From: a virus
Taxonomy: Duplodnaviria > Caudoviricetes
Strand: one strand, 5' to 3'
IMG/VR virus record: IMGVR_UViG_3300033483_000001
Coordinates: 402-64,401 of that record
Length of the DNA stretch: 64,000 nt
The position numbers were made by a program, and so were the translations under genes. A model generated the notes under the pieces. The model searched no databases. It worked only from the letters and a program-made list of their open reading frames with translations, and was not told where the DNA came from. The stretch's first letter is position 1; each line of letters begins with the position of its first letter. This document shows, piece by piece, positions 9,868 to 19,546 of this stretch.

Positions 9868-10838
9868 TCGAGCACATCCAATCCTGGCATAGGGACTTCG
9901 CTTTTGCTAGTAGGAATCTTCTCTAACAGACCGACGCACTTGATCTCGGAGAACCAGTCATTCGCGCGAGTATCTCCCTTGTGGTTGACCACGAACACCT
10001 TGTAGACCCCATCGGGGTCCTTGCGCACTGGCGCCTTCGATTTCTTCTGCTCTTCCCGTAGCAGCATCGGCGGCTTGAAAACAGCTGCTTTGACCTCATT
10101 GTTTGCCAGCCACAGTTTGCCGTTGGGGACAACCCTCGGGTCAAGCTGGATCTTCATTGCGATGCCCTTGTCGTTGATTTGCGGTGTGCCAAGCAAGCCT
10201 GTGTCAGAATCGACCTTGATCGCCTCATTTGGCAGTGTACTATCGACTGGCACCATCACGAGCTTCCCGTCTTGGATCGCCCAATTGGCTTGGTTGTTTC
10301 GAGCGATCACATCCATGACCCGGCGGACGGTGCCAGAGTAGGTCTTGCCGAGGATGTGCTTTTCGTTGAGGTGCTTGCCGGCGCAGTAGCCAAGGACGGT
10401 GGTGCCGAGGTTTTCGAGCAGCTTCCGGATGGCGTCCCCATCGGTGTGGCCAGCTCCGAGCGTGAAGTTGACCTCCCCATCCTTGAAGTCCTTGTCACCG
10501 TCGCCTGCCTGAATCTCGACAATGCGATCGTTCCCTTCCCGGTAGGCATATCGGTATTGGATGTTTCCGCGGAAGAGCCCCATAGCCTGCGTGCCATACC
10601 CGACGTCAAGCTCAAGGTCGTCATACTCTTTCTTGATGTCGTTCTCGTGGTCCTCGCTCAAGTTGTAGAGCTTGATCGTGACGACGTTCGGCGTCCGATA
10701 GATGGTCTTAGTGACGTCGAATGTGATTCGCAGCGCCTCGGTGAACTCGCGCCCAACCACCGGATCAAACTTCGAGCCCTTCTTGCCCACGCGCACGCGG
10801 CAGATGCGCCCCCAGTGAGCCATCGCCGGGATGGTCAT
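9864..10838 (-). CDS. baseplate hub protein
   Basis: IKLYNLS, LFRGNI and GLLGTPQ motifs; position before the spike gene. Confidence 0.8.
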   Translation of the reverse strand: MTIPAMAHWGRICRVRVGKKGSKFDPVVGREFTEALRITFDVTKTIYRTPNVVTIKLYNLSEDHENDIKKEYDDLELDVGYGTQAMGLFRGNIQYRYAYREGNDRIVEIQAGDGDKDFKDGEVNFTLGAGHTDGDAIRKLLENLGTTVLGYCAGKHLNEKHILGKTYSGTVRRVMDVIARNNQANWAIQDGKLVMVPVDSTLPNEAIKVDSDTGLLGTPQINDKGIAMKIQLDPRVVPNGKLWLANNEVKAAVFKPPMLLREEQKKSKAPVRKDPDGVYKVFVVNHKGDTRANDWFSEIKCVGLLEKIPTSKSEVPMPGLDVLE

Positions 10839-11215
10839 AGGCCAGCCTCCGCGAGCTCAGCTGGCGTGTAGTAGAACACCTGCACTCGAACGCCCAAGTC
10901 GGTATCGCCAGCGTCCGAGCTAACAAGCACGCGCGTGTCATCTTCCAGCGGCCCTGCGTTTTGCATCGTCGCGCCCATATCGACAGCGAACAACCCGCCG
11001 ATGCCTAGGTAGCGGTATGGCCCCAGGATGTCCACGCCGAGCAGTATGGGCCGTCCGGCGATGAGCAGTGCATCCGTGCTGTCCAGGTATAGATCGAACG
11101 CCCAGAAGCCGGCCCGTTCGTTCCAGCGCACGTCGAAGCGGTAGACGGTGCCGTTCAGCGCACACGAAAATTCGTAGGCGCGATCGTCTGATGTGAAAGG
11201 AACGATCAGGCTCAT
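10835..11215 (-). CDS. baseplate protein
   Basis: LNGTVYRFDVRWNERAGFWAFDL motif typical of this baseplate type. Confidence 0.75.
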   Translation of the reverse strand: MSLIVPFTSDDRAYEFSCALNGTVYRFDVRWNERAGFWAFDLYLDSTDALLIAGRPILLGVDILGPYRYLGIGGLFAVDMGATMQNAGPLEDDTRVLVSSDAGDTDLGVRVQVFYYTPAELAEAGL

Positions 11216-11871
11216 TGCAGCACCCCGGCCGATTGCACGCTTTGAAGTAGCAAGGATTTGCGCTTCTTCTCGGTCTGCGCTGGCGTCGGCTCCGTGGCTT
11301 TCTTGTCAACTACCTTCTTTTTCGGCTGGCCTCGTTTCGGCGCCCGCGGAGGATAGCTCACCGTCTGCGACGTTGCGAACATGACTTGGCGCAAGTCTGC
11401 CGAGAAGTACAGCGCTCCCACCGATTCCTTATCCTGCGTGCACGACAGTCGCAGGATCACCATGTCTTTGTAGAGTTTGAGCCCAGTCTGTACCGCGAAC
11501 GGAACGGCAAACCTCTGCAAGGTAGTCAGGATTTCCCAAGCGTTCGCGGCGCGTGGCTGCCCGTTATCGGCTGCGGCCTTGATGCCATCGCCATTGACAA
11601 TGACGCCGACGCCGCCGTTCGTGTGCTCCTGATAGACCGGCGTATTGGAGAACGCGCCTTCGATGCTCAGCTTGAGCGGCTGCATGTACGCGTGATCAGA
11701 GATGACGACGCCGGTTTCCACCGGGTTGTCAGTGACGGCAAGTTCGCTTGTGTGCTCCTCGCGAATCACCGCATCGAACTTGAGGGCGTTCTCCGTCTGG
11801 TCATCGTTGATGGCCAGAATCCAGCGGCGAACGATGATTGCTGCTTCAGCCACCGACGCCTCCGTGTGCAA
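11212..11871 (-). CDS. Dit-like baseplate / tube initiator protein
   Basis: EEHTSELAVTDNPVETGVVISDHAY motif; directly after tape measure. Confidence 0.8.
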   Translation of the reverse strand: MHTEASVAEAAIIVRRWILAINDDQTENALKFDAVIREEHTSELAVTDNPVETGVVISDHAYMQPLKLSIEGAFSNTPVYQEHTNGGVGVIVNGDGIKAAADNGQPRAANAWEILTTLQRFAVPFAVQTGLKLYKDMVILRLSCTQDKESVGALYFSADLRQVMFATSQTVSYPPRAPKRGQPKKKVVDKKATEPTPAQTEKKRKSLLLQSVQSAGVLQ

Positions 11872-13426
11872 TACGGGCGAGCCCTCGGTTAACCTCGCGA
11901 GCCGCTTGGCGAGGGTCTGTAACGTTGGGCAGGTTGATGTTGACCCCTGTGATGTTCGTGGTAGTGGTAACTCCGCCGCTTGGCGAGCGCTTAGTCATCC
12001 ACGATGGCTCCCCGGTCTCTTCGGAACCCCATGGCTTGAATCCTTCGCCACCGAATTGAGCCAGCTTCAATCGCGACCGTTCGGCGTTTTTCAGAACATC
12101 GAGGCTCATTTCTTCGCCGCTGAAATCACCGATGGCCATTCCGCCGATCACTCGTCGGATAGGCTGCGGTATGCTATTCCAGAACCTGGCCACCGAGTTG
12201 AACATGTCGTCCCACAACTCTTGCCACCACTGTTTGAGCGGGTTCCATGCGTCCCTGATGGACTGAGCCGCGATTACTAATCCGCCTATCCCTAGCACTA
12301 GCAACCCAAGTGGACCACTGCCTGTCGACAATGCAACCAGAGATGCGCCTAACGCCACAAGTACGCCCTTCACAACCTCTACAGCGTATGGGAACTTCTG
12401 CAACAGTAGCCCAGTGACAGATTCGCCACCTTGGTAGAACGTCCACAAGTCCTCAGCCACAAGAAAGATGGCTGCGATAAGCCCGCCCGTGAGCAGCGTT
12501 CGCAGCAATCCTCCAGCAGACGCAAGCGTCCCTAATGACTTTGCAGCCGCCATAGCGTTTCCAGACCATTCGATCAGTCTAGCGCCGAGCTTGTAAGCCG
12601 CCATCACGCCGACAATATACGCAACCTTGTCGAGGTTCTTCCAGAGGATCTCAAGCACGTTAACCACGGTCTGCAGCGCATCGGTCAGGCGGCGGACGTT
12701 GCCGTCTTCCTTGGTCCACCTGATAAACCTCTCCAAGACTTTGTTCACCGTCGGCATGAGCGCGACGGCAATGCGCTTATTCAGCAGGCCAACCGAAGAC
12801 GATGCCTTCCTAAAGAGCTTGTCTGTCTTGTCTGCTAGCTCGTAGTTCTCGTTGGTGAGCGGGTTGCTCTTGAGTGCTGCGAGACGCAGCTTCTCGAAGT
12901 TCTCGCGGCCTTGACCCATCAGGTAGATCGTCGCATCGTCAAACCCAAGGCGCTGTCCAAGGGCGATGCGTTTCACTCTGTCCATGCCGGCCATCTTGTC
13001 GATGACATCGCCGAGAACTTCGTTGACGTCTTTCGTCGAGCCGTCGGCGTTCTTCGCAGCGATGTGGTACTTCTTGAAGAACATAGCGCCGCGTCCGACG
13101 CCAGCAGCGGCCTGCCCAGTCATCACGGTTAGCGAGCGAAGCCCGCTCTTCATCGCCTCCAGAGACGAGTCGTTCTCCGCCGCAACCTTTCCTAGCGCCG
13201 CCACCTCGCGCGCACTGATCCCCATCTGCTCGGCGAAGTTCTGCACGTCGCCCATGTCGCCGGCGGCTTTCTCGACCATGAGCCCGATGCCGCCGACGGC
13301 GCCAGCAACAGCAGCGCCAAGGCCGAGCATCGTCTTCTTCGACTTCTCCGCAAGACCCTCGAATTTCTCAAGGTTCTTGGCGTCGATTTTGAAGCCGAGC
13401 GCTATCCAGAGATCGTCAAGCTTCAC
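11846..13426 (-). CDS. tape measure protein
   Basis: 526 aa, Ala/Leu-rich helical with hydrophobic C-terminal half; follows the tail chaperone. Confidence 0.85.
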   Translation of the reverse strand: MKLDDLWIALGFKIDAKNLEKFEGLAEKSKKTMLGLGAAVAGAVGGIGLMVEKAAGDMGDVQNFAEQMGISAREVAALGKVAAENDSSLEAMKSGLRSLTVMTGQAAAGVGRGAMFFKKYHIAAKNADGSTKDVNEVLGDVIDKMAGMDRVKRIALGQRLGFDDATIYLMGQGRENFEKLRLAALKSNPLTNENYELADKTDKLFRKASSSVGLLNKRIAVALMPTVNKVLERFIRWTKEDGNVRRLTDALQTVVNVLEILWKNLDKVAYIVGVMAAYKLGARLIEWSGNAMAAAKSLGTLASAGGLLRTLLTGGLIAAIFLVAEDLWTFYQGGESVTGLLLQKFPYAVEVVKGVLVALGASLVALSTGSGPLGLLVLGIGGLVIAAQSIRDAWNPLKQWWQELWDDMFNSVARFWNSIPQPIRRVIGGMAIGDFSGEEMSLDVLKNAERSRLKLAQFGGEGFKPWGSEETGEPSWMTKRSPSGGVTTTTNITGVNINLPNVTDPRQAAREVNRGLARIAHGGVGG

Positions 13427-13680
13427 CTGTCTCGCTCCTTCATGGCGGCATGGTATCGGCGTTCATTTTCGTCCTCGACGTCCATGGCCTCGTGGAAGTT
13501 CGCCAAGTCATCGAGCGTATAGCGACCGCCGTCCTCAAGCTCCCAGAGCTGGCAGAGCGGCGGGTTTCGCATGATCGGCCTCCAGATTGCCCAGTCGATG
13601 TTGGCCGGCTGGGCTGGGTCAAAGGTTACGTCTTGGCGGATTCTTGTTGGCTTCCATCCGAGCGGACGACGGCTAAAAAA
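13423..13680 (-). CDS. -1 frame extension of tail assembly chaperone (T segment)
   Basis: open -1 frame after the slippery site encodes WRPIMRNPPLCQLWELEDGGRYTLDDLANFHEAMD; stop overlaps the tape measure start. Confidence 0.75.
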   Translation of the reverse strand, partial: FFSRRPLGWKPTRIRQDVTFDPAQPANIDWAIWRPIMRNPPLCQLWELEDGGRYTLDDLANFHEAMDVEDENERRYHAAMKERDR

Positions 13681-14045
13681 TCGCCGAGATTCACTTTCAG
13701 TGCCTCGACGAAGACCTGCCACGGTTCGATCGCGTTGTCTCCGAATGTCAGATCGATATCCACAATCGGGCGACCCTCGCATGTCACCTTGGAGAATGCA
13801 AGTAGCATGAGCTTGACGATCGCATCCGCGTCTGCCTTGCCGGCGACTCTTTCGAGCACCTCGCCGATTTCTCCAAGGATAGCAGCCTCCGACAAGCCTT
13901 GGCGCTTGGCCATGCCGGCGAGGTCGGCCAGCTCCGAACCGACTAGCTTGGCCACAGCAATCTGTAGCTTGAGCCCGTCGGTAGCCGGAAGCTTGGCGAT
14001 AGAAAACCTGCGACCATTGATCGTTTTGATGACTGCTGATGCCAC
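13626..14045 (-). CDS. tail assembly chaperone (G segment)
   Basis: 139 aa, between tail tube and tape measure. Confidence 0.8.
   Translation of the reverse strand: MASAVIKTINGRRFSIAKLPATDGLKLQIAVAKLVGSELADLAGMAKRQGLSEAAILGEIGEVLERVAGKADADAIVKLMLLAFSKVTCEGRPIVDIDLTFGDNAIEPWQVFVEALKVNLGDFLAVVRSDGSQQESAKT
13674..13680 (-). other. -1 ribosomal frameshift slippery heptamer T TTT TTA
   Basis: minus strand reads GGC GAT TTT TTA GCC; X XXY YYZ pattern in the chaperone reading frame. Confidence 0.8.
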
Positions 14046-14048
14046 TTG

Positions 14049-14540
14049 TTACCCTCCTAGTGCTGCTGCCACGGCTTGCGGCGTCCCTGCAATCGCGACC
14101 GGGTCTCCCAGCAGCAGCTGCAGGTTGGCTACGATTATAGTCCATTCCTGTTCGGTTGACTCGCGCCCGCGCTTCACTTCAGGGAAAGATTTGATGTAGC
14201 CAGGGCTGCCCGCCGCCATGTCCTGCCGGTAGCTATCCTGCCACGAAACCATCACGGGGACCCAGGTCGTCGCGCTTACCGCGGTGCCAGCAAGCTGGAG
14301 TAGCTTCTTGTTGGCAGACGAAGTCTGCTGCAGCTTGAGCGTGATCTCGCCGCTCCGGTCAGGGTTGAGCGAGATCACCATGTTTCCGTCGGCACCGATT
14401 TTGTGGGTGGCCAAGTCGGCGGCGCGTTTGACGGTGAGGACGTCGTCACCTTCGGCCCATCCGTCGATCTCGAAGGTGGCATAGCCGGACGCCGAGATCA
14501 GGACGTGATTCTCAAGAATGCTGTATGCGCGTGCGCTCAT
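14049..14540 (-). CDS. tail tube protein (DUF3277-like)
   Basis: IGADGNMVISLNPDRSGEITLKLQQTS motif; follows sheath. Confidence 0.8.
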   Translation of the reverse strand: MSARAYSILENHVLISASGYATFEIDGWAEGDDVLTVKRAADLATHKIGADGNMVISLNPDRSGEITLKLQQTSSANKKLLQLAGTAVSATTWVPVMVSWQDSYRQDMAAGSPGYIKSFPEVKRGRESTEQEWTIIVANLQLLLGDPVAIAGTPQAVAAALGG

Positions 14541-14550
14541 GGTGTGCTCC

Positions 14551-16038
14551 TTACCGCTGGAAAGTGATAGTCACGGCGCAGGAGTGGATGGCACCCGCAC
14601 CGATGCAAATCGCCGTGATGGCCGGGGCCTCGCGAGCCGCTCTGGCCACCGAGCTTTGCTGGCTTACTGGCTGCGCGTAGACATAGAATCCGTCAGCCAA
14701 GAAATCGTTGGTCGCGATCTCACCGACTGGATCTCCCACCCAAACACCTGGGGCGAGCAACCCGTTGGTCACGCCTTGCTTGAGCGCCATCACGATTGCG
14801 CTCACGAGCTTGGCCGCTCCCGCGTCTGTCTGTGGAATCTTCGTTACCGCGTTGGTTAGCTCCGCCATCACGTTCGTCTGGACCGTCGACTGCAGCCAGT
14901 CCAGGCCCATGACCTCGTCGAAGTACCTGCCCGAGGCGGTGACACCTTGAGACAGCATCGTGAACGTCCCGAACGTGGCATAGTAGTTCAGGTTGTACGA
15001 TTCGAGTTGCAGGCGATTCGTCTCAGTCAGGGCGTCTGCCCCGACGCCGACGAGCTGCTTGAACTTGCCGGTGATCGTGCTGTTCGGCTGGTTGAAATTG
15101 ACGGCGAAGTATTTCGCGCACGCGGCGATGGCGGCGTTAGGATAGTCCGCAGAGTACATTCCGAACGAGTGCGTGTAGCCGAGGTTCTTGGCGTAGTACC
15201 CGAGGTTCGTCGTGTCGTTGTAGCTTAGGCACGCGCTCTGGTCAGTGGTGTAGAAGAATGCCAGGCCCATCGACTCACACCAGGCCATAGCATCCTTCAC
15301 GTTCTGCGCATGGGCGCCCGGCTCTGCAAGGTCGCTAGACAACGCCACACCGTAGAAGGTTGGGTCAGCATTCCACGACAGCGTGAGCGACTGAGTGATC
15401 GTCTCTGTGGACAGCGGAACGCAGACAACCGCACCCTCGGCGGCGGTCATGTGCAAGAGCGTCTGGATTGGCGTAGGCGATCCGCCAGCCGTTGGGGCGC
15501 TACCGACGGTAACAGTCCCTGTAACTAGCGTCGGGCTGGTGATAATGAACTTCGTCCCGTCGTGGGTGACAGTGGTGTTGGCCACGAGCGCATGCAGAGC
15601 ATTCTGAAGCCTGGTGGCCACCTTCGCCGCGGTGTCATCGGTGGAGAAGTTGAGCGCCGAAAGCTGGCACAGCGTCGAGTTGATCGTGATGTCCATGCCG
15701 CCAGAGGTGACAGCATTCAGCGCGGCAATCTCGGCCGCGCTCCCCCACGCGCCAGAGTTCAGGTGGCCAGCCGCTCCCGTCGCGAAGTGCTCGCCCGTCT
15801 TCAGGTACTTGACTTTTGGGGATTGCCCGAAGTACGCGGTGGCCGCCTCATACTCTTCGTCAGTCGACGAATACACGTCGGCGATATCCGTCATGCCAGA
15901 AAACGTGGCAACGCGCCCCTCGCTAGGCAGGCGGCCAGAATCGCCGAGCACAAGCAGCGTGCCGAAGTCGCGAGCCGCCGCCGGCATCGCGGACACTTGA
16001 AGGGAAACAGAAACGATGTCGGACAGTGGTAGACTCAT
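14551..16038 (-). CDS. tail sheath protein (DUF3383-like)
   Basis: MSLPLSDIVSVS start; YFDEVMGLDWLQ, KIPQTDAG and GAIHSCAV motifs. Confidence 0.9.
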   Translation of the reverse strand: MSLPLSDIVSVSLQVSAMPAAARDFGTLLVLGDSGRLPSEGRVATFSGMTDIADVYSSTDEEYEAATAYFGQSPKVKYLKTGEHFATGAAGHLNSGAWGSAAEIAALNAVTSGGMDITINSTLCQLSALNFSTDDTAAKVATRLQNALHALVANTTVTHDGTKFIITSPTLVTGTVTVGSAPTAGGSPTPIQTLLHMTAAEGAVVCVPLSTETITQSLTLSWNADPTFYGVALSSDLAEPGAHAQNVKDAMAWCESMGLAFFYTTDQSACLSYNDTTNLGYYAKNLGYTHSFGMYSADYPNAAIAACAKYFAVNFNQPNSTITGKFKQLVGVGADALTETNRLQLESYNLNYYATFGTFTMLSQGVTASGRYFDEVMGLDWLQSTVQTNVMAELTNAVTKIPQTDAGAAKLVSAIVMALKQGVTNGLLAPGVWVGDPVGEIATNDFLADGFYVYAQPVSQQSSVARAAREAPAITAICIGAGAIHSCAVTITFQR

Positions 16039-16649
16039 GAAGGCACCTCGATTGTTAGGTCATCCTCGCGTCCGCCTGGCCACTGCGCTTTAAGCGCAAT
16101 CTCTGCGGTCGCCATGGTTTCAAGCAGAACTGTTTCGCTGGTGTTGCATCCGAAGAATAGGTCGACGCTACCCCTGTCTTCCCAATAGGCTCCGTCAACG
16201 AGCGCGGACAGATTGCGCGCACCGGAGGCGCCAAGGAACATGAGGCCCATCTTCTCCATCAGTTCCATGTTGGTTGACAGCATCAGGAGTGATTGCAGGC
16301 GAGCTGCCCGATCGAAGGCGCTCATCCCAAAGGCGGAAATCCCCTCGCCATCGCATCGAGGAGTAGCATGCCTGAAAAACTGCACTGAGGCGGTGAACTC
16401 GTGATATACGTCAAGCGTCTCTGACACCTTGGTGGAACCGATCGCGGTGTCATTCACCGTGCGGCGGATAGCGCTGGACACGTCGCCCTCGTCCGAGATG
16501 ATCTGCACCGTCGCAAATTCGGCGTCTTGTACTCCAGTCTGGTATGTTTGGTTCGCAGGCCGCACGCTGTTTGCCGCCATCCCCGTAGCCGAGCGCACGA
16601 GGTATCGGACCAAGTAGCCGATGGCGTCTATGTAGCTCGCGCGCGCCAT
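16035..16649 (-). CDS. neck / tail terminator protein
   Basis: start at 16649 overlaps the upstream stop; position between head closure and sheath. Confidence 0.7.
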   Translation of the reverse strand: MARASYIDAIGYLVRYLVRSATGMAANSVRPANQTYQTGVQDAEFATVQIISDEGDVSSAIRRTVNDTAIGSTKVSETLDVYHEFTASVQFFRHATPRCDGEGISAFGMSAFDRAARLQSLLMLSTNMELMEKMGLMFLGASGARNLSALVDGAYWEDRGSVDLFFGCNTSETVLLETMATAEIALKAQWPGGREDDLTIEVPS

Positions 16650-17020
16650 CAGGTCGCCAGTGCTCCTATGTGGATCCGTTGGGCGAGAGCTCGTTGCATA
16701 CCGTGCTGTTCGAAGTTCTGCACATGCAGCACGCGGTAGGTGTAGCCTCCCCACTTGAGCAAATCTGGCATCTGCGAAGGCCCGCCCGCGCTTAGGCCAG
16801 TGCTCGAAAAGAACGCATTCACGTCGGCGATGCGCACGCCTTCGGGCAGGAGGTTCGCGTCCGTGGTGGCCGCTGGCTGGACGATGCCGAGAATGTTCGT
16901 CTGCGCGTACGTCGTCGACGTCTCGCCCTCATACCCGAGCGTGGTCGTCGGGCGCGCGCGCACGAAGGTGGAAGCGCCCAGGTCGGTATCAACTAGAAGC
17001 TCGGAGACATCGATCTTCAT
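16649..17020 (-). CDS. head closure / head-tail joining protein
   Basis: LLPEGVR and WGGYTYRV motifs; synteny. Confidence 0.7.
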   Translation of the reverse strand: MKIDVSELLVDTDLGASTFVRARPTTTLGYEGETSTTYAQTNILGIVQPAATTDANLLPEGVRIADVNAFFSSTGLSAGGPSQMPDLLKWGGYTYRVLHVQNFEQHGMQRALAQRIHIGALAT

Positions 17021-17499
17021 TTGATAACCCTAGACTGGTCCGGAGGAGGTCCGACTTTCCAGGTGATACTCTGGCGCATCTGTCCTGTGTCGATGAGCGG
17101 TTTGGACGAACCTTTGCGCGCGATGGTCAGAGGCTTGTTCGGGGCAAACGTCCCGACGTTGATCTCGCGCTTGACTTCTCCGGAGGCGACGGCCCCAAGT
17201 TGCTCGAGCGCACCGGTGATAGTTTGCTGCCCAGCCAACACCTTGCGAAGGTTCATGATGTTGACTTGATCGAGCTTCGGCTTCGCGCGACGGATTCCAG
17301 CGCGGATGAAGGAGCGTTCGGGGATGTTGTTCTCGGGGCTGCCGAACTCGTGGACAGCGGCGATTATCGCAACCGATGTCCCGTCGTCTTCCTTGGCGCT
17401 CTCCGGGAACCCGACTGACACTTGCCTGTTTGCATCCTCTAGCATCTGTGCAAGTTGTCTCAGGCCTGGCAAATCCCCGCCATGAACCACTACGTTCAT
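17017..17499 (-). CDS. neck / tail completion protein
   Basis: AAVHEFG, IPERSFIR and KGSSKPLIDTGQMRQSI motifs. Confidence 0.8.
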   Translation of the reverse strand: MNVVVHGGDLPGLRQLAQMLEDANRQVSVGFPESAKEDDGTSVAIIAAVHEFGSPENNIPERSFIRAGIRRAKPKLDQVNIMNLRKVLAGQQTITGALEQLGAVASGEVKREINVGTFAPNKPLTIARKGSSKPLIDTGQMRQSITWKVGPPPDQSRVIK

Positions 17500-17858
17500 A
17501 TCGCGAACCCTCCGAGACCAACCTTGCGCCTGAGATAGGCGTAGCGTTGGCCGTACGTCGTGCGCATGAATGGGAACTTGGCCTGCAGGTTCAGGAGGGC
17601 GCTGTCACGGGACATACCAACAGGCCCGACGTGCTTCTCGGTGACGTCGTTCGCGTTGGTCTGACTCGTCGACTGCGTCGCCTCGAAGTTCGCAATCACG
17701 ATCGAATGAGCAACGTAATTGGCGAGGCCCTCTGAGTAGAAGTCTCCCCACCGGGTCACGTTGAAATACGGAACGGCGAGGTCGATGTACGACTGCACCC
17801 GCTCCGTCGTCTCAGACGTGAACTGGGGGAAAAGAGCCTTGAACTCAGAGGGCGTCAC
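17496..17858 (-). CDS. head-tail adaptor (DUF4054-like)
   Basis: FKALFPQF and TTYGQRY motifs; directly after major capsid. Confidence 0.8.
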   Translation of the reverse strand: MTPSEFKALFPQFTSETTERVQSYIDLAVPYFNVTRWGDFYSEGLANYVAHSIVIANFEATQSTSQTNANDVTEKHVGPVGMSRDSALLNLQAKFPFMRTTYGQRYAYLRRKVGLGGFAI

Positions 17859-17868
17859 CGTTCACCCG

Positions 17869-18975
17869 TTACGAAGCGGTCTCGTCCTGGTAGACAACCG
17901 TCTTGATGTAGCGGATGTTCAAGCCAGCGTAGCGGTACCAGCCGGGTACGAAGATATCCAAGCCCTCGGGCTGCGGAGCAAGGAACCGATGAGGCATCGG
18001 GATGTGCATCACCATTCGCTTCTTGTCGTTGCGGTAGAGGACGTTGCGCGGGCACGCGGCGCCGCCAGAGTACTTCGCGCCAGCGGCATCGGCCTGAAGG
18101 ATGGGGACGATGTTCAGCTTCTCGCCAGTGCGAGAAGTCGTCATGTTCCCTTCCTGGATGAGCTCGATGATTCGCTTGGTGCCGAGAGCGTTGTACCGAG
18201 CATTGATCGCCGCGAACGCCTTCGGAGCCAGTCCGAATGTGTTCGGCAGCACCACGAAGTTGGTCTGCGCCCAGTAGGCATAGATCGCGGCGTTGACGTC
18301 GGCAAGGATCTCGTCCGCAGTCGTGCTCGGAAGATCCCAGTCTCCGTGGAACCCGCTCGTCCCTTTGTTGATCGTGGTCACGCCGGTGTAGTTCAGCAGG
18401 CCCTCGTACTTCGCAGCGCCGGCCACGGTCGTCTTTTCTCCGACCATCGCAACCGAGTTCAGATGCCGCTCGCCCATCTCCATGGCGGTCGACATGCGCT
18501 CAGCAGGCAGCGGACGAATCAGTCTAGCAGCCTGGATGAGCTCGAGCTGAGAATACCGATACGCAGCACCACCGCTCACGACCGCGATCTCAACTTCGGC
18601 CGCGGACACATCCGACGTCGGGATGTCCTTGGCGACGCCGTTGATCCGCTTGCCTTGGCCGACGTGATCGTAGACCTGATAGCGGACCGTGGCCGCGTCA
18701 GGCCCAGCCTCGGCGGTGATGGGCAGGAGCGTGCGGAACTGCATCTCCTGGTATTCACGCTCATAGGTCTGCGCCTCGGTGTAGGCCAGCTGCGAGACCA
18801 TGAATGCGATGCCCTCGGCGGAGTCAGCGCCCAACAGGTACGGATTGGCCGTCTCCTGGAAGCACCGGCGGATGCCACGGTCGAAGTCCTGCATACGCGC
18901 CTCATCGAGCGCGACCATTCTCGGCTGGCAGGATTCGGAGTCGACTACTTTGACCAGTTTCTTTCCTTCAGACAT
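17869..18975 (-). CDS. major capsid protein (DUF2184/encapsulin-like HK97 fold)
   Basis: QLAYTEAQTYEREY, YEGLLNY and VLPNTFGL motifs; 368 aa. Confidence 0.9.
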   Translation of the reverse strand: MSEGKKLVKVVDSESCQPRMVALDEARMQDFDRGIRRCFQETANPYLLGADSAEGIAFMVSQLAYTEAQTYEREYQEMQFRTLLPITAEAGPDAATVRYQVYDHVGQGKRINGVAKDIPTSDVSAAEVEIAVVSGGAAYRYSQLELIQAARLIRPLPAERMSTAMEMGERHLNSVAMVGEKTTVAGAAKYEGLLNYTGVTTINKGTSGFHGDWDLPSTTADEILADVNAAIYAYWAQTNFVVLPNTFGLAPKAFAAINARYNALGTKRIIELIQEGNMTTSRTGEKLNIVPILQADAAGAKYSGGAACPRNVLYRNDKKRMVMHIPMPHRFLAPQPEGLDIFVPGWYRYAGLNIRYIKTVVYQDETAS

Positions 18976-18991
18976 GGTTGCTTCTCCTGCC

Positions 18992-19522
18992 TTACGTGGT
19001 GGTCTTGGGGTTGCTAACGCCGGTGAGCCGGACGAGCCCGACGCTGCCAGCGGTAGTGGTTGTCACCCAATGCGCATTGGGGATTGCGACGCGACCGCTT
19101 CCAGCCACGCCAGAGGTGGGGCCAGAAAGCTTCCCGCCTTGTGCGGTGACGCTCAGGACACTGTCTCCCGCGGTGACGTTCTCGTAGGCGATGCAGTAGA
19201 CGTCTCCGAGGTACATGATCGCGACTTCCTCGGTCGCGCGGTAGCCAATGGCACCAGTGGACGGGGCAGTCGGCATGGTGACGTGACGGACCGTGATCCC
19301 GATCGGGAGATCTGCGTCCGCGGCGATGCGCTTGCAGTATCCTGCGGTGGCGTGCCGAGCGACTGCAATGCCGAAGTCGAGCATGCCGGCGCTATCATCG
19401 CCTCCGGTCGTGCTGCCATTGGTGAGGCTGAAAATCGAACACTCTTCTTGGTTGGCGATTTGTCCGGCGTACCCCAAATCAAAGGTGGTACCGCCGAAGG
19501 TCGCAAGCGTTGCAACTGCCAT
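18992..19522 (-). CDS. head decoration / cement protein
   Basis: LDFGIAVAR and MYLGDVY motifs; between protease and capsid. Confidence 0.7.
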   Translation of the reverse strand: MAVATLATFGGTTFDLGYAGQIANQEECSIFSLTNGSTTGGDDSAGMLDFGIAVARHATAGYCKRIAADADLPIGITVRHVTMPTAPSTGAIGYRATEEVAIMYLGDVYCIAYENVTAGDSVLSVTAQGGKLSGPTSGVAGSGRVAIPNAHWVTTTTAGSVGLVRLTGVSNPKTTT

Positions 19523-19546
19523 GGGTCATTCTCCTTGCTTGGGCCG

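Noticed and set aside
13440-13622. 60 aa ORF as a separate tail gene
   Set aside because: Wrong frame; the conserved-looking sequence is in the -1 frameshift frame ending at 13423.
17761-19017. 418 aa plus-strand ORF and other long antisense ORFs over the structural arm (e.g. 6980-7729, 19293-19774 region, 27123-27989)
   Set aside because: Shadows of well-supported minus-strand genes in high-GC DNA; no motifs or RBS.
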